A stretch of 64,000 nt of DNA from an uncultured Acidimicrobiia bacterium (GCA_963714375.1 CAVQOG010000008.1:413171-477170); one strand, 5' to 3'; shown: positions 1 through 12,663, counted from the first letter of the stretch. Program-made: numbers and translations. Notes: generated by a model not told the origin, from the sequence alone.

Positions 1-519
<519 letters not shown>

Positions 520-546
520 ATCTGAGATTTGAGAGCGGGAGCTAAC

Positions 547-3500
547 GTGCCACAACTTTTCGACGAACTGAGAATCGGCCTCGCATCCTCGGACCAGATT
601 CGATCCTGGTCCTTTGGTGAGGTCAAGAAACCTGAAACGATCAACTACCGAACACTGAAGCCTGAAAAGGACGGCCTGTTCGATGAACGTATCTTTGGTC
701 CTACCCGGGACTGGGAGTGCTACTGCGGCAAGTACAAGCGCGTACGTTTCCGCGGTGTGATCTGCGAACGCTGTGGTGTTGAAGTGACCCGTGCAAAGGT
801 TCGTCGAGAGCGGATGGGCCACATTGAGCTCGCTGCACCTGTCACACACATTTGGTTCTTCAAGGGCGTTCCGAGCAGACTCGGGTATCTCCTCGATATG
901 TCCCCGAAGGATCTCGAAAAGGTCATCTACTTCGCCGCGTACCTGGTCACGTTTGTGGACGACGAAAAGCGAACGAAGGACCTCCCGGATCTGGAAGAAG
1001 CAGCCCGCCACGAGCGGCTGCTCATCACGGAGGAGTTCGAGGAGTGGAAGGAAGCTCGTCTTGAGCGCCTTGAGGGTGAACTCGCCCAGATGGAAGATGC
1101 TGGAGCAAAGCCGAACGAGATAAATGCCCGCAAGAAAGAGGTCGAGCGCGAGATCAAGGACCGCGACGATCGCGCCCGTGTTGAGGTAGATCTTCTTGAT
1201 GAAGCATTCGACAGCTTCAAGACCATGAAGCCTCGTGATCTCGTGGAATCAGAACAACTTTGGCGTGAGATCATCGACCGTTACGGCGACTACTACGTCG
1301 GCGGTATGGGCGCTGAGTTCGTCGGGGATCTCATCTCCCGAATGGATCTCCAGGAAGAGGTCGAGAGTCTCCGCAACGATCTCGATGCGAAGTCTCAACA
1401 GCGTCGCCAAAGGGCCATGAAACGTTTGAAGGTTGTTCAACCTTTTGCTGACGGCAAGAACGATCCGCTGTGCATGATTCTGCAGGCAATCCCTGTGATC
1501 CCGCCGGATCTTCGCCCCATGGTGCAGCTCGATGGTGGACGTTTTGCAACGTCAGACATGAATGACCTCTACCGCCGGGTGATCAACCGGAACAATCGTC
1601 TGAAGCGCCTGATTGACCTTGGTGCTCCCGAGATCATCGTCAACAACGAAAAGCGCATGCTGCAAGAAGCGGTCGATGCACTGTTCGACAATGGTCGACG
1701 TGGTCGCGCCGTGACTGGTCCGGGGTCTCGACCCCTCAAGTCTCTCTCTGACATGTTGAAGGGAAAGCAGGGTCGGTTCCGCCAGAACCTCCTTGGAAAG
1801 CGTGTTGACTACTCGGGCCGTTCCGTCATTGTGGTCGGTCCGGACCTCAGGCTGCACCAATGCGGTCTGCCAAAGATCATGGCACTTGAGCTCTTCAAGC
1901 CATTTGTGATGAAGCGTCTCGTCGATCTTGACATTGCACAGAACATCAAGGCTGCAAAGCGGATGGTTGAGCGTCGTCGCCCTCAGGTATGGGATGTCCT
2001 CGGTGATGTCATCCAGGAGCATCCTGTGTTGCTGAACCGGGCACCTACGTTGCACCGTCTCGGTATTCAGGCGTTTGAGCCTGTGATCATCGAGGGCAAG
2101 GCAATCCAGCTGCACCCACTGGTGTGTGAGGCATTCAACGCAGACTTCGATGGTGACCAGATGGCTGTGCACCTCCCGCTGTCGGCTGAAGCGCAGGCAG
2201 AGGCCCGCGTTCTGATGCTGTCTACGAACAACGTTCTGCGTCCAGCGGACGGTCGCCCGATCGTGACACCTTCCCAGGACATGATCATCGGGATGTACTA
2301 CTTGTCGGCGAAGAAGGAAGACGCCCCAGGTGCGGGTCGAGCTTTCTCATCCGTCGATGAAGCGATGATGGCGTACGAAAAGGGAGATCTCGGACTGCAC
2401 GCTCCGATCAAGTTGCGCGTGGGTTGGCTCGCCGGAGAAGACAAGCTCCACGCGGAGCTCAAGCCACTGCTCAAACATCTGATCGACGATGAGCCCGTCC
2501 AACCGAACGAACTCACCGACACCACGCTTGGGCGTGCCTTGGTGAACGGTGCTTTCCCCCCTGGCTTCCCGTATCTGAATGAGGTTCTCAAGAAGGGCGA
2601 TATCCGCACGATTGTCGAAGAGGTCATACACACCTACGACAAGCCGGACGTTGCAAACACACTTGACAACATCAAGGAGCTTGGGTTCCACTACGCAACC
2701 ACGGCCGGCCTCACGATCGGTCTTCAGGATGTGAAGACGCCTCCAGAGAAGAAGGAGATCCTTGCTGCGTTCGAGGCCGAGGCGGCAAAGGTCGAAAGCC
2801 AGTTTCAGAAGGGCATCATCACAGACGACGAAAAGCACTCAGCGCTGATCGAAATCTGGACCAATGCCACGGACAGCGTCAAGGATGCAATGCAACGGAC
2901 GCTGAAGGCTGATCCGTTCAATCCGATGGACATGATGGTCAACTCGGGTGCTCGGGGAAACATTATGCAGCTTCGCCAAATCGCTGGTATGCGTGGCCTT
3001 GTTGCGAACCCGAAGGGTGAGATCATCCCACAGCCGATCAAGGCGAACTTCCGTGAGGGCTTGACCGTTCTTGAGTACTTCATCTCGACGCACGGTGCCC
3101 GCAAAGGTCTTGCTGATACGGCGCTCCGCACGGCGGACTCGGGCTATCTCACTCGACGTTTGGTCGATGTCTCGCAGGAGATCATCATTCATGAAGAGGA
3201 GACCCCGGATCCGGGTCTCGTCATTCAGGTCAGAGATGCCAAGGGCGTCGTTGTTCGTCATCTCCGTGACCGGATCTTCGGGCGCATTCTTGCTGAGGAC
3301 GTCAAGGTAGATCGCAAGTTCGTGGAGCTTCCAGACGGACGCAAACTGAGAAAGGGATTCATTCTCGACCGCGAGGCAGTGAACGGTCTCAACGATATTG
3401 AGGAAGTCACGGAGCTACGTGTCCGGTCACCTTTGACCGATACGAGCCGTCACGGAATCTCGCAGCTGTCGTACGGGATCGATCTTGCCACAGGTGCAAT

Positions 3501-4461
3501 GGTCGAGCCGGGGACAGCGGTTGGCATCATGGCCGCCCAATCCATTGGAGAGCCAGGGACGCAGTTGACGATGCGTACGTTCCACACCGGCGGTATCGCT
3601 GGTGAGGACATCACGCACGGTCTCCCTCGAGTGACCGAGCTGTTTGAGGCCCGTACACCAAAGGGTGTTGCGATCCTTGCAGAGGCCGGCGGCGCGGTTC
3701 GGATCGAGAAGGATCCAGACACTGGTGATCGTTCGATCGTGATCGCTGATGGCGAGGATGAGATTTCCTACCCATTGCCCGTTCGTGCACGTCTCAAGGT
3801 TGCCGAAGGCGACATCATCGAGCCAGGCACGCAGTTGACAGAAGGTCCCTTGGACCCGAAAGAAGTACTGAACATCCAGGGTATTCGTGCGTGTCAGAGG
3901 TATCTCGTTGAGCAGGTGCAGGAGGTGTACCGCTCACAGGGTGTGGACATCCACGACAAGCACATCGAGCTCATCGTTCGTCAGATGCTACGTCGAGTGA
4001 GGATTGTGAACCCCGGAGACGGCCCTTGGCTCCCAGCGGAGTTGGTCGATAGCCAAGAGTTCCGCGACATCAACTTGGAACTCGTCGAGGCCGGTTCGAA
4101 GCCAGCCGAGGGGCGCCCAGAGCTGATGGGTATCACCAAGGCATCGCTTGCAACCGATTCGTGGCTCTCGGCCGCATCCTTCCAGGAGACGACGAGGGTG
4201 CTTACCGAGGCGTCGCTCAATGCCAAGTCCGACTACATGCGTGGTCTGAAGGAGAACGTCATCATCGGCAAGCTCATCCCTGCTGGCACCGGTTCAACCG
4301 GATACCAGAAGATCGAGCCGATGATCCCAGGTGCAGCCGTACCGACGGCGGGCGATCTCTTCGGAGACTTCGAAGTCGAGTCGAAGACCGAGGCACTCCC
4401 AGCCGACCCAGCCGAGTGGCTTGCGTCACTGGGTGGAGACACTGAACCAGCCACCGACTGA
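547..4461 (+). CDS. rpoC: RNA polymerase beta' subunit
   Basis: NADFDGD catalytic motif, Zn finger CYCGKYK...CERC and [13 protein letters not shown] at 547 follows a GGGA RBS (the ORF track starts at 529). Confidence 0.98.
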   Translation: MPQLFDELRIGLASSDQIRSWSFGEVKKPETINYRTLKPEKDGLFDERIFGPTRDWECYCGKYKRVRFRGVICERCGVEVTRAKVRRERMGHIELAAPVTHIWFFKGVPSRLGYLLDMSPKDLEKVIYFAAYLVTFVDDEKRTKDLPDLEEAARHERLLITEEFEEWKEARLERLEGELAQMEDAGAKPNEINARKKEVEREIKDRDDRARVEVDLLDEAFDSFKTMKPRDLVESEQLWREIIDRYGDYYVGGMGAEFVGDLISRMDLQEEVESLRNDLDAKSQQRRQRAMKRLKVVQPFADGKNDPLCMILQAIPVIPPDLRPMVQLDGGRFATSDMNDLYRRVINRNNRLKRLIDLGAPEIIVNNEKRMLQEAVDALFDNGRRGRAVTGPGSRPLKSLSDMLKGKQGRFRQNLLGKRVDYSGRSVIVVGPDLRLHQCGLPKIMALELFKPFVMKRLVDLDIAQNIKAAKRMVERRRPQVWDVLGDVIQEHPVLLNRAPTLHRLGIQAFEPVIIEGKAIQLHPLVCEAFNADFDGDQMAVHLPLSAEAQAEARVLMLSTNNVLRPADGRPIVTPSQDMIIGMYYLSAKKEDAPGAGRAFSSVDEAMMAYEKGDLGLHAPIKLRVGWLAGEDKLHAELKPLLKHLIDDEPVQPNELTDTTLGRALVNGAFPPGFPYLNEVLKKGDIRTIVEEVIHTYDKPDVANTLDNIKELGFHYATTAGLTIGLQDVKTPPEKKEILAAFEAEAAKVESQFQKGIITDDEKHSALIEIWTNATDSVKDAMQRTLKADPFNPMDMMVNSGARGNIMQLRQIAGMRGLVANPKGEIIPQPIKANFREGLTVLEYFISTHGARKGLADTALRTADSGYLTRRLVDVSQEIIIHEEETPDPGLVIQVRDAKGVVVRHLRDRIFGRILAEDVKVDRKFVELPDGRKLRKGFILDREAVNGLNDIEEVTELRVRSPLTDTSRHGISQLSYGIDLATGAMVEPGTAVGIMAAQSIGEPGTQLTMRTFHTGGIAGEDITHGLPRVTELFEARTPKGVAILAEAGGAVRIEKDPDTGDRSIVIADGEDEISYPLPVRARLKVAEGDIIEPGTQLTEGPLDPKEVLNIQGIRACQRYLVEQVQEVYRSQGVDIHDKHIELIVRQMLRRVRIVNPGDGPWLPAELVDSQEFRDINLELVEAGSKPAEGRPELMGITKASLATDSWLSAASFQETTRVLTEASLNAKSDYMRGLKENVIIGKLIPAGTGSTGYQKIEPMIPGAAVPTAGDLFGDFEVESKTEALPADPAEWLASLGGDTEPATD

Positions 4462-4475
4462 CGGCTCCCCTTCTC

Positions 4476-4545
4476 TCGGTCATCGGTTGTCTGACGTCTG
4501 ACGTCTGACGTCTGACGTCTGATGTCGGTCGTCGGTGATCGTTCG
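4476..4545. repeat. Phased 7-bp tandem array, 10 units
   Basis: tcggtca tcggttg (tctgacg)x4 tctgatg tcggtcg tcggtga tcgttcg. Confidence 0.9.
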
Positions 4546-4563
4546 GCCCCTTAGGCTCAGCCC

Positions 4564-5310
4564 ATGCTCAGCTTCCGGCTCCTCGGTATTCCCGTCGGTG
4601 TCCACGTGACGTTCCTGCTCATCGTGGTGCTTGGCCCGAGGGACTCCGCCATCTCGATGGCGTTGTGGGTCGTCGCGGCCTTCCTTGCGATCATCCTTCA
4701 CGAATTCGGACATGCCCTCACCGCCCGCGCATTCGGTGCCGAGGGTGTCAACGTAACGTTGTACGCACTGGGCGGACTGACGTCCTACACCACGAGACAG
4801 CAGATTTCACATGGCAAGTCCTTTGTGATCTCGGCAGCGGGTTCCGGAATAGGGATAGTTGCAGGACTCGCTCTTGTCGGTCTTGGGCGACTCGATCTCT
4901 TCGACGCGTGGCCAGTCGAGATTGTCGATTTCATCGGGTACTTCGTCTTCGTTGCTCTGGTGTGGGGCGTGTTGAACTGGATTCCGGTCCTTCCGCTCGA
5001 CGGCGGGCACATGGCGCAACACTTCATTGCGATCTTCAATGAAGAATGGGCTCCTCTGATCGCCCAGATTGTGACGTGGCTCGCCGTTGCTGTCATCGTT
5101 CCAGTGGCACTCGTCAACGGCTACACGTTTGCAGCTGTGATCGTCGTCGTGTTCGCGTTCATGGGGTATCGGGAGTACCAGCGTCAGAAGAAAACGCCGA
5201 TGACCGATGACTCACGACCGACAACCGACCCGGAGACACCGCGACCGGTACCCCCGGCGCCTCCGACCCCGCCCCAACCTCCGCCCGAGCCTCCGGTATT
5301 CCCCATCTGA
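4564..5310 (+). CDS. Site-2 protease (peptidase M50 family) with Pro-rich tail
   Basis: HEFGH zinc motif, NWIPVLPLDGGH motif, several hydrophobic helices. Confidence 0.85.
   Translation: MLSFRLLGIPVGVHVTFLLIVVLGPRDSAISMALWVVAAFLAIILHEFGHALTARAFGAEGVNVTLYALGGLTSYTTRQQISHGKSFVISAAGSGIGIVAGLALVGLGRLDLFDAWPVEIVDFIGYFVFVALVWGVLNWIPVLPLDGGHMAQHFIAIFNEEWAPLIAQIVTWLAVAVIVPVALVNGYTFAAVIVVVFAFMGYREYQRQKKTPMTDDSRPTTDPETPRPVPPAPPTPPQPPPEPPVFPI
5196..5230. repeat. 7-bp array inside the M50 protease tail, 5 units, inverted relative to the flanking arrays
   Basis: gccgatg accgatg actcacg accgaca accgacc, which encodes PMTDDSRPTTD. Confidence 0.75.
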
Positions 5311-5368
5311 TTTCTGAAGTCGGTCATCGGTCATCGGCCATCTGACTTCTGACTTCTGACTTCTGATT
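5306..5368. repeat. 7-bp array, 9 units, containing the M50 stop codon
   Basis: tctgatt tctgaag tcggtca tcggtca tcggcca (tctgact)x3 tctgatt. Confidence 0.9.
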
Positions 5369-5602
5369 TCCTGTGCGAATTGGCTAGCACCCTCCATATA
5401 CTCCCGCCTAGGTTTTCCCGACCGAACCCGCTGGTACCCGGAGGCCGTCTGAGCTGTGCTCAGATTGCTGTTGTGCTGGAAGTGGTTCACACATGGGATC
5501 GGCTCTGTCCGCCTTTGGCGACGGTGTCGATTTTCGTTCGTCAGAACTCCGATACCCGGGTGTCGGGTCGGAGTGCGTCAACAAGAGAGACGGAAGAGCA
5601 AC

Positions 5603-5974
5603 GTGCCAACCGTGCAGCAACTGGTCCGACAAGGCCGGAAGCCAAAGGCAAAGAAGATGAGGACCGTCGGTCTCGCCGGTTCCCCACAGCGCCGCGGCGT
5701 GTGCACTCGCGTGTACACCGTGACCCCAAAGAAGCCAAACTCTGCGCTTCGCAAGGTCGCTCGCGTGCGTCTCTCCTCGGGGGCGGAGATCACCGCATAC
5801 ATCCCTGGTGAAGGACACAACCTCCAGGAACACTCGATCGTCCTCGTCCGTGGTGGACGTGTGAAGGATCTTCCCGGTGTCCGCTACAAGGTCATTCGTG
5901 GTGCACTCGACGCAGCTGGCGTCGATGGTCGCAAGCAGGCGCGATCGCGCTACGGAACAAAGAAGGATTCCTGA
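5603..5974 (+). CDS. rpsL: 30S ribosomal protein S12
   Basis: GTG start at 5603, [25 protein letters not shown]. Confidence 0.98.
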   Translation: MPTVQQLVRQGRKPKAKKMRTVGLAGSPQRRGVCTRVYTVTPKKPNSALRKVARVRLSSGAEITAYIPGEGHNLQEHSIVLVRGGRVKDLPGVRYKVIRGALDAAGVDGRKQARSRYGTKKDS

Positions 5975-6441
5975 TGCGGAGAGCACCAGCAGAAGTACGC
6001 AAGCTTGATCCCGATCCGATCTACCAGTCGGTTCTGGTCACACAGCTCATCAACAAGGTCCTTCTCAAGGGTAAGAAGGGTGCGGCACGCCGCATCGTCT
6101 ACACAGCCATGGACACCGTCGAGAAGCGCACCGGCTCTGAGCCATTGCCCGTCCTCAAGCGTGCAATCGACAACATCCGACCCCAGATGGAGGTCAGGAC
6201 ACGACGAGTCGGTGGCTCGTCCTACCAGGTTCCTGTCGAGGTTCGTTCCCGCCGCGCACAAACGCTTTCCGTCCGCTGGCTCGTCGAGTTTGCACGCAAG
6301 CGTCGTGAGAACACGATGTCAGAACGCCTCGCAAACGAAATCCTTGACGCTGCCAACCGCACTGGTGCGGCTGTGAAGCGTCGCGAAGACATCCACAAGA
6401 TGGCCGAATCCAACAAGGCCTTCGCCCACTACCGCTGGTAA
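5974..6441 (+). CDS. rpsG: 30S ribosomal protein S7
   Basis: [14 protein letters not shown] and [15 protein letters not shown], str operon position. Confidence 0.98.
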   Translation: MRRAPAEVRKLDPDPIYQSVLVTQLINKVLLKGKKGAARRIVYTAMDTVEKRTGSEPLPVLKRAIDNIRPQMEVRTRRVGGSSYQVPVEVRSRRAQTLSVRWLVEFARKRRENTMSERLANEILDAANRTGAAVKRREDIHKMAESNKAFAHYRW

Positions 6442-6447
6442 CAACTC

Positions 6448-8532
6448 ATGGCACGCACCATCCCACTCGAGACAATCCGCAATATCGGAATCATGGCCCA
6501 CATTGACGCGGGCAAGACGACGACGACTGAGCGAATTCTCTTCTATACGGGCCGCACCCACAAGATCGGTGAGGTTCATGAGGGCGCGGCCGTCATGGAC
6601 TGGATGGAGCAAGAACAAGAGCGCGGTATCACGATCACATCAGCGGCCACAACGACCGCATGGCACGGGCACACCATCAACATCATCGACACGCCTGGCC
6701 ACGTCGACTTCACCGTTGAGGTCGAGAGATCACTCCGCGTTCTCGACGGTGCCGTAGCTGTATTCGATGCCGTCTCTGGCGTTGAACCCCAGTCTGAGAC
6801 CGTTTGGCGTCAAGCTGACAAGTACGGTGTCCCGCGCATCTGTTTCATCAACAAGATGGATCGCATCGGTGCCGACTTTTTCGCAGCCAATCAGTCCATC
6901 ATCGATCGTCTCGGCGGAAACCCCGTTCCGATTCAGATTCCGATCGGGGCCGAGGCAGACTTCAAGGGTGTTGTCGACCTCGTCGAGATGAAGGCCTACT
7001 TGTGGCATGACGACGACGGTGTGAAGTGGGAAGACGCCGAGATTCCAACCGACCTGGTCGACCTGGCCAACGAGTGGCATCACAGGATGCTCGATGTCGT
7101 GGCAGCCGAGGATGAAGCCCTCATGGAGAAGTACCTCATGGAAGAGGAACTCACTCCAGACGAGATCCGATCCGTCATCCGCAAGGGAACGATCGATCGT
7201 GCCTTCGTCCCAGTGCTGTTGGGAACCGCCTTCAAGAACAAGGGTATCCAGCCGCTCCTTGACGCGGTCGTCGCCTACCTTCCGTCACCCGCTGACCTCC
7301 CACCAATGCAGGGATTCCGACCGGGACATGAAGAGGACATCAAGGAGCGTAAGGCGCTTGATTCGGAGCCGTTCTCCGCCCTCGCCTTCAAGATCATGTC
7401 TGATCCCTACGTCGGAAAGCTCACCTACTTCCGTGTCTATTCCGGGAGAGCGGACAAGGGCGATTCCGTTGTCAACACGACCAATGGCAAGAAGGAGCGC
7501 TTTGGACGTCTTCTGCGCATGCATGCTGCCAAGCAGGAAGATATCGACGAGATCATGACGGGTGACATTGTCGCAGCGGTCGGCCTCAAGAACACCAAGA
7601 CAGGTGACACGCTCTCAGCAACGAGTGACCTCGTGCAGCTCGAATCGATGACATTCCCCGATCCTGTGATCTCAGTGGCAATTGAGCCGAAGACCAAGTC
7701 CGACCAGGACAAGCTCGGAACAGGACTTGCGCGCCTCACCGAAGAGGATCCAACCTTCACCGTTCACAGCGACGACGAAACCGGCCAAACGATTATCGAA
7801 GGAATGGGGGAACTCCACCTCGAGGTCATCGTCGACAGGCTCTTCCGTGAGTTCAAGGTTGAGGCCAACGTCGGTCGTCCGCAGGTCGCCTATCGCGAGA
7901 CAATCAAGCGTCCGGTCAACAAGATCGATGCAAAGTTCAAGCGCCAAACCGGTGGTTCGGGAATGTACGGCCATGTCGTCATCGACCTTGAACCCCTCGA
8001 GCCGGGATCAGGTTTTGAGTTCGAGGATGCCGTCAAGGGCGGCAACGTTCCACGTGAGTACATCCCAGCTGTCGAAAAGGGCATGCGCGAGGCACTCGCC
8101 AGTGGCGTGCTCGCCGGGTATCCGCTCACGGACATCCGGGCTCGGCTCATCGATGGGTCGAGCCACAACGTCGACTCAAACGAAATGGCTTTCAAGATCG
8201 CAGGATCGATGGCGATCCAGTCAGCGGCAAAAGCCGCAGGCGTCAAACTCCTCGAACCCGTCATGTCCCTCGAGGTTGTGACACCTGAGGACTACATGGG
8301 TGATGTCATCGGAGACATCTCGTCACGTCGTGGCAAGGTCGAATCGATGGAGTCCCGAGGCGCAGCGAAGGTTGTCAACGCACTCGTCCCGCTCGCGGAG
8401 ATGTTCGGTTACGTAGGTGACCTGAGATCTCGTACGCAGGGCCGTGCGAACTACACGATGCAGTTCCACTCATACCAAGAAGTACCGACCCAGGCCGCAC
8501 AAGAAATCGTGGCCAAGGTCAGAGGCGAATAG
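6448..8532 (+). CDS. fusA: Elongation factor G
   Basis: [17 protein letters not shown] and NKMD G-domain motifs, 694 aa. Confidence 0.98.
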   Translation: MARTIPLETIRNIGIMAHIDAGKTTTTERILFYTGRTHKIGEVHEGAAVMDWMEQEQERGITITSAATTTAWHGHTINIIDTPGHVDFTVEVERSLRVLDGAVAVFDAVSGVEPQSETVWRQADKYGVPRICFINKMDRIGADFFAANQSIIDRLGGNPVPIQIPIGAEADFKGVVDLVEMKAYLWHDDDGVKWEDAEIPTDLVDLANEWHHRMLDVVAAEDEALMEKYLMEEELTPDEIRSVIRKGTIDRAFVPVLLGTAFKNKGIQPLLDAVVAYLPSPADLPPMQGFRPGHEEDIKERKALDSEPFSALAFKIMSDPYVGKLTYFRVYSGRADKGDSVVNTTNGKKERFGRLLRMHAAKQEDIDEIMTGDIVAAVGLKNTKTGDTLSATSDLVQLESMTFPDPVISVAIEPKTKSDQDKLGTGLARLTEEDPTFTVHSDDETGQTIIEGMGELHLEVIVDRLFREFKVEANVGRPQVAYRETIKRPVNKIDAKFKRQTGGSGMYGHVVIDLEPLEPGSGFEFEDAVKGGNVPREYIPAVEKGMREALASGVLAGYPLTDIRARLIDGSSHNVDSNEMAFKIAGSMAIQSAAKAAGVKLLEPVMSLEVVTPEDYMGDVIGDISSRRGKVESMESRGAAKVVNALVPLAEMFGYVGDLRSRTQGRANYTMQFHSYQEVPTQAAQEIVAKVRGE

Positions 8533-8542
8533 GAGATCCGTC

Positions 8543-9730
8543 ATGGCGAAGGAAAAGTTTGAGCGGTCGAAGCCGCATGTGAATATTGGCACGATGGGTC
8601 ATATTGATCATGGGAAGACGACGTTGACTGCGGCTATTACGAAGGTGTTGTCTGAGTCGGGTTCTGGTTCTGTGTTTACGGCGTTTGATGATATTGATAA
8701 GGCTCCTGAGGAGCGTGAGCGTGGGATTACGATTGCGATTTCTCATGTGGAGTATGAGACGGCGAATCGTCATTATGCCCATGTTGATATGCCGGGGCAT
8801 GCTGATTATGTCAAGAACATGATTACGGGTGCTGCTCAGGTTGATGGGGCGATTTTGGTGGTGTCTGCTGCTGATGGTCCAATGCCTCAGACTCGTGAGC
8901 ATGTGTTGTTGGCGCGTCAGGTTGGTGTGCCGGCTTTGGTTGTGTTTATGAACAAGGTTGATCAGGTTGATGATGATGAGTTGTTGGATTTGGTTGAGCT
9001 TGAGGTGAGGGATCTTCTCAATGAGTATGAGTTCCCTGGTGATGATATTCCTGTTGTTCGGGGTTCTGCTTTGAAGGCTTTGGAGGGTGATGAGGGGGCT
9101 GCGGCTCAGGTTGCTGAGTTGATGGATGCCGTTGATTCATATATTGAGGAGCCTGTTCGTGAGACGGATAAGCCCTTTGCGATGCCCATTGAGGATGTGT
9201 TTTCTATTACGGGTCGTGGCACTGTGGTGACGGGGCGTATTGAGCAGGGTGTTTTGAAGGTGGGGGATCACGTTGAGATTGTTGGTTTGCGTGATTTGCA
9301 GACAACGACGTGTACGGGTATTGAGATGTTCCGTAAGTTGTTGGATGAGGGTCGTGCGGGGGACAATGTTGGGCTTCTTCTCCGTGGTATTGGGAAGGAT
9401 GATGTGGAGCGTGGTCAGGTGGTCGCGGCTCCGGGTTCGATTACTCCTCATACGGTGTTTGAGGCCAATGTGTACATTTTGACCAAGGATGAGGGTGGGC
9501 GTCATAACCCGTTCTTTGATGGGTATCGTCCACAGTTTTATTTCCGTACCACGGATGTGACGGGTGCTGTGAAGTTGCCTGAAGGTACTGAGATGGTGAT
9601 GCCTGGTGATAACACTGAGATGACCGTGACGTTGGGTAAGCCCATTGCTATGGATGAGGGGCTGCGTTTTGCTATCCGTGAGGGTGGCCGCACGGTGGGT
9701 GCTGGCCGAGTAGTCAAGATCATCGAGTAA
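8543..9730 (+). CDS. tuf: Elongation factor Tu
   Basis: ATG at 8543 after an [31 protein letters not shown]. Confidence 0.98.
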   Translation: MAKEKFERSKPHVNIGTMGHIDHGKTTLTAAITKVLSESGSGSVFTAFDDIDKAPEERERGITIAISHVEYETANRHYAHVDMPGHADYVKNMITGAAQVDGAILVVSAADGPMPQTREHVLLARQVGVPALVVFMNKVDQVDDDELLDLVELEVRDLLNEYEFPGDDIPVVRGSALKALEGDEGAAAQVAELMDAVDSYIEEPVRETDKPFAMPIEDVFSITGRGTVVTGRIEQGVLKVGDHVEIVGLRDLQTTTCTGIEMFRKLLDEGRAGDNVGLLLRGIGKDDVERGQVVAAPGSITPHTVFEANVYILTKDEGGRHNPFFDGYRPQFYFRTTDVTGAVKLPEGTEMVMPGDNTEMTVTLGKPIAMDEGLRFAIREGGRTVGAGRVVKIIE

Positions 9731-9759
9731 CCAGTTATCGGGCCTACGGCTCACAAACG

Positions 9760-9787
9760 GCTGAAAGCTGAAAGCTGAAAGCTGTAA
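9760..9787. repeat. 7-bp array, 4 units, between tuf and rpsJ
   Basis: (gctgaaa)x3 gctgtaa. Confidence 0.85.
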
Positions 9788-9811
9788 GCAAACGAACGAA
9801 GAGAGTTTCAA

Positions 9812-10123
9812 ATGGCAGACGAGCATCGGATCCGGATCCGACTCAAGGCGTACGACCACTCGGTGGTTGATGAGTCGGCGAAGAAAATCGCGGAGACGGT
9901 GACGCGTACCCAGGCGAAGATCAAGGGGCCGGTTCCCCTTCCGACCCGCATCCATCGCTACACGGTCATCCGTGGACCACACGTTGACAAGACGTCTCGT
10001 GAGCACTTCGAAATGCGTATTCACAAGCGCCTCATCGACATCCTTGAACCAACCCCCAAGACAGTCGACTCGCTTATGCGTTTGGACCTTCCGGCTGGCG
10101 TGGAAGTAGAGATCAAGACATGA
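9812..10123 (+). CDS. rpsJ: 30S ribosomal protein S10
   Basis: [24 protein letters not shown]. Confidence 0.98.
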   Translation: MADEHRIRIRLKAYDHSVVDESAKKIAETVTRTQAKIKGPVPLPTRIHRYTVIRGPHVDKTSREHFEMRIHKRLIDILEPTPKTVDSLMRLDLPAGVEVEIKT

Positions 10124-10758
10124 ACGCAATCATCGGAGAGAAGCTGGGCATGACCCAGATCTTCGACGAGGAGAACCGCGCGGTTCCTGTGACTGCCGTC
10201 AAGGCAGGCCCTGTTGTCGTGACGCAGATAAAGCGTCAGGAGACAGATGGATACACGGCGATTCAGATCGCATTCAAGGAGATGGCAGCCGACAAGGCGG
10301 GCCGCCCGGCAACGGGTCACTTCGCCAAGGCTGGTGTAACGCCTCATCGTCATCTCGTTGAGGTTCGCGTCGACGATGCTGATGCCTTCAAGCTCGGTCA
10401 ACAGATCACGATCGCTGACGTTCTTGAGGTGGGCCAGAAGGCCGACGTGACTGGCATTTCCAAGGGCAAGGGCTTCGCTGGCGTTATGAAGCGGTACAAC
10501 TTCAAGGGTCAGGGCGCCTCCCACGGTGCTCACAAGGTCCACCGCGCCCCAGGTGCCATAGGTGCCTGTGCCACACCGGCACGCGTCTTCAAAGGCAAGC
10601 GTCTCCCGGGCCGTATGGGCGGCGAACAGGTCACGATGATGAACATCGAAGTGATCCAAGTCGATCCCGAACGGAATCTCATCCTGCTTCGCGGTGCCGT
10701 ACCCGGCCCGAAAGGCTCGATTGTTGTTCTCAGAGAGGCGGTGAAAGCCAATGGCTGA
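10120..10758 (+). CDS. rplC: 50S ribosomal protein L3
   Basis: [28 protein letters not shown]. Confidence 0.97.
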   Translation: MNAIIGEKLGMTQIFDEENRAVPVTAVKAGPVVVTQIKRQETDGYTAIQIAFKEMAADKAGRPATGHFAKAGVTPHRHLVEVRVDDADAFKLGQQITIADVLEVGQKADVTGISKGKGFAGVMKRYNFKGQGASHGAHKVHRAPGAIGACATPARVFKGKRLPGRMGGEQVTMMNIEVIQVDPERNLILLRGAVPGPKGSIVVLREAVKANG

Positions 10759-11539
10759 AAAGCTCACCGCGGAGCTCTACACCGCAGATGGCACATCCAA
10801 GGGAACCGTTGACCTGAACCCTGACGTGTTCGGCATCGAACCGAACACTGCAGTCATGCATCAGGTCGTCACCGCCCAACTCGCAGCCAAGCGGGCAGGC
10901 ACACACTCCACCAAGACACGAGCCGAGGTTCGAGGCGGTGGTCGCAAGCCGTGGGCCCAGAAAGGCCTCGGACGTGCCCGCCACGGATCCATCCGTTCCC
11001 CACAATGGGCGGGCGGTGGCGTTGCCCACGGTCCCAAGCCCCGTGATTACAGCCAGCGGACACCAAAGAAGATGCGTCGTCTTGCACTTCGGAGTGCACT
11101 CTCGGTCCGTGCCGCAGACGCTCAGATCAAGGTTGTCGAGGATTTCGCAGCGTGGGCCGAGCCCAAGACGAAGAAGGCGACCGCATTGCTTGCGGCCATG
11201 GGGGTCACGGGCAAGGTGCTTCTCATTGCAGAGGACCACGAACGGACAGCTATCAAGTCCTTCCGCAATCTTGACCACGTGATCGCTCACAACCTTGGCC
11301 AGGCCAACACGTATGACGTGCTGTGGGCCGACACGATCATCATGAGCCAGGGAACGCTTGAACTCGGTCAGGGCGCCCCTCGTGGCACCGCCGAACACGC
11401 CGCCGGTGCGGAAGAAGTCAGAAGTGCGCCGACGACCGACGACCGACGACCGATGACCGACTCAGAAAGCGGAGCCACAGATGCCGAAGCTGAAAGCCAA
11501 GAGCTAAAAGCTAAAAGCTCTGACGAGGTGGCATCGTGA
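10751..11539 (+). CDS. rplD: 50S ribosomal protein L4 with a repeat-containing C-terminal extension
   Basis: [33 protein letters not shown]. 262 aa, of which the last ~58 aa are low complexity. Confidence 0.96.
   Translation: MAEKLTAELYTADGTSKGTVDLNPDVFGIEPNTAVMHQVVTAQLAAKRAGTHSTKTRAEVRGGGRKPWAQKGLGRARHGSIRSPQWAGGGVAHGPKPRDYSQRTPKKMRRLALRSALSVRAADAQIKVVEDFAAWAEPKTKKATALLAAMGVTGKVLLIAEDHERTAIKSFRNLDHVIAHNLGQANTYDVLWADTIIMSQGTLELGQGAPRGTAEHAAGAEEVRSAPTTDDRRPMTDSESGATDAEAESQELKAKSSDEVAS
11428..11523. repeat. Two 7-bp arrays (5 units each) inside the rplD extension
   Basis: 11428-11462: gccgacg accgacg accgacg accgatg accgact. 11489-11523: gctgaaa gccaaga gctaaaa gctaaaa gctctga. Confidence 0.85.
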
Positions 11540-11823
11540 AGAATCCTCGCGACATCATTTTTGAGCCTGTCGTATCCGAAAAGTCATACGACCTTGTTGC
11601 AGATGCCAACAGCTACACGTTTGTCGTACACCCGCGATCAAACAAGACCGAGATCAAGGAAGCAATCCAGACAATCTTCGACGTGAAGGTTGTCTCCGTC
11701 AACACGATGAACCGTCAAGGCAAGCGGAAGCGAACCGGGTACACGATCGGGAAGCGCAAAGACACCAAGCGCGCCGTCGTCACCCTCGCTGACGGCGATG
11801 CCATAGACGTGTTCGAGGTATAG
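11536..11823 (+). CDS. rplW: 50S ribosomal protein L23
   Basis: [24 protein letters not shown]10 operon position. Confidence 0.96.
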   Translation: MKNPRDIIFEPVVSEKSYDLVADANSYTFVVHPRSNKTEIKEAIQTIFDVKVVSVNTMNRQGKRKRTGYTIGKRKDTKRAVVTLADGDAIDVFEV

Positions 11824-11826
11824 ACC

Positions 11827-12660
11827 ATGGGCATCAAGAAACTCAAGCCAACCTCACCGGGACGTCGATTCCAGACCGTCTCGGATTTCGACACGGTCAC
11901 AACGTCGAAACCGGAGAAGAGCCTGCTGGCGCCCAAGACACGTTCGTCTGGTCGCAACTCGTACGGCAGGATTACCTCGCGCCACCGTGGTGGAGGTCAC
12001 AAGCGTCGCTATCGCATCATCGATTTCCGTCGGAACAAGGACGGCATCCCTGCCAAGGTTGCAACGGTCGAATACGACCCAAACCGGAACGCACGCATCG
12101 CGCTGCTTCACTATGTGGACGGCGAGAAGCGGTACATCCTTGCCCCCATCGGTATCGCTGTCGGCGATATGCTCGAATCGGGATCCAAAGCCGAGATTCG
12201 GGTGGGAAACGCGCTTCCGCTGCGCAACATCCCGACCGGTACGGTGATTCACGGCGTAGAAATGCGTCCCGGTGGTGGAGCGAAAATGGGCCGCGCCGCT
12301 GGTACCGCGATTCAGCTGATGTCAAAGGAGCGCAACGTTGCCCTCCTGCGTCTGCCTTCGGGTGAGATGCGCCAGGTCCCCCTTGACTGTCGTGCAACGG
12401 TTGGGCAGGTCGGCAATGCCGAAGCAGAGCTCATCAAGATCGGAAAGGCCGGCCGTAACCGTTGGAAGGGCAAGCGCCCTCAGTCCCGCGGTGTTGCCAT
12501 GAACCCCGTCGATCATCCGCTCGGTGGTGGAGAGGGACGCAGCTCTGGCGGTCGTCATCCAGTCAGCCCATGGGGCAAACCGGAGAAGAAGACTCGTAAG
12601 AAGAACAAAGCAAGCGACAAGTACATCGTACGTCGTCGCTCTCAGAAGGGTAAGAGGTAA
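11827..12660 (+). CDS. rplB: 50S ribosomal protein L2
   Basis: [30 protein letters not shown]. Confidence 0.98.
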   Translation: MGIKKLKPTSPGRRFQTVSDFDTVTTSKPEKSLLAPKTRSSGRNSYGRITSRHRGGGHKRRYRIIDFRRNKDGIPAKVATVEYDPNRNARIALLHYVDGEKRYILAPIGIAVGDMLESGSKAEIRVGNALPLRNIPTGTVIHGVEMRPGGGAKMGRAAGTAIQLMSKERNVALLRLPSGEMRQVPLDCRATVGQVGNAEAELIKIGKAGRNRWKGKRPQSRGVAMNPVDHPLGGGEGRSSGGRHPVSPWGKPEKKTRKKNKASDKYIVRRRSQKGKR

Positions 12661-12663
12661 GCC

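Noticed and set aside
8519-10129. Long antisense ORFs over tuf and rpsJ (also over groEL 49974-51419 and the cyclase gene 25880-26962)
   Set aside because: Shadow ORFs caused by sense-strand codon bias. They contain no recognisable motifs.
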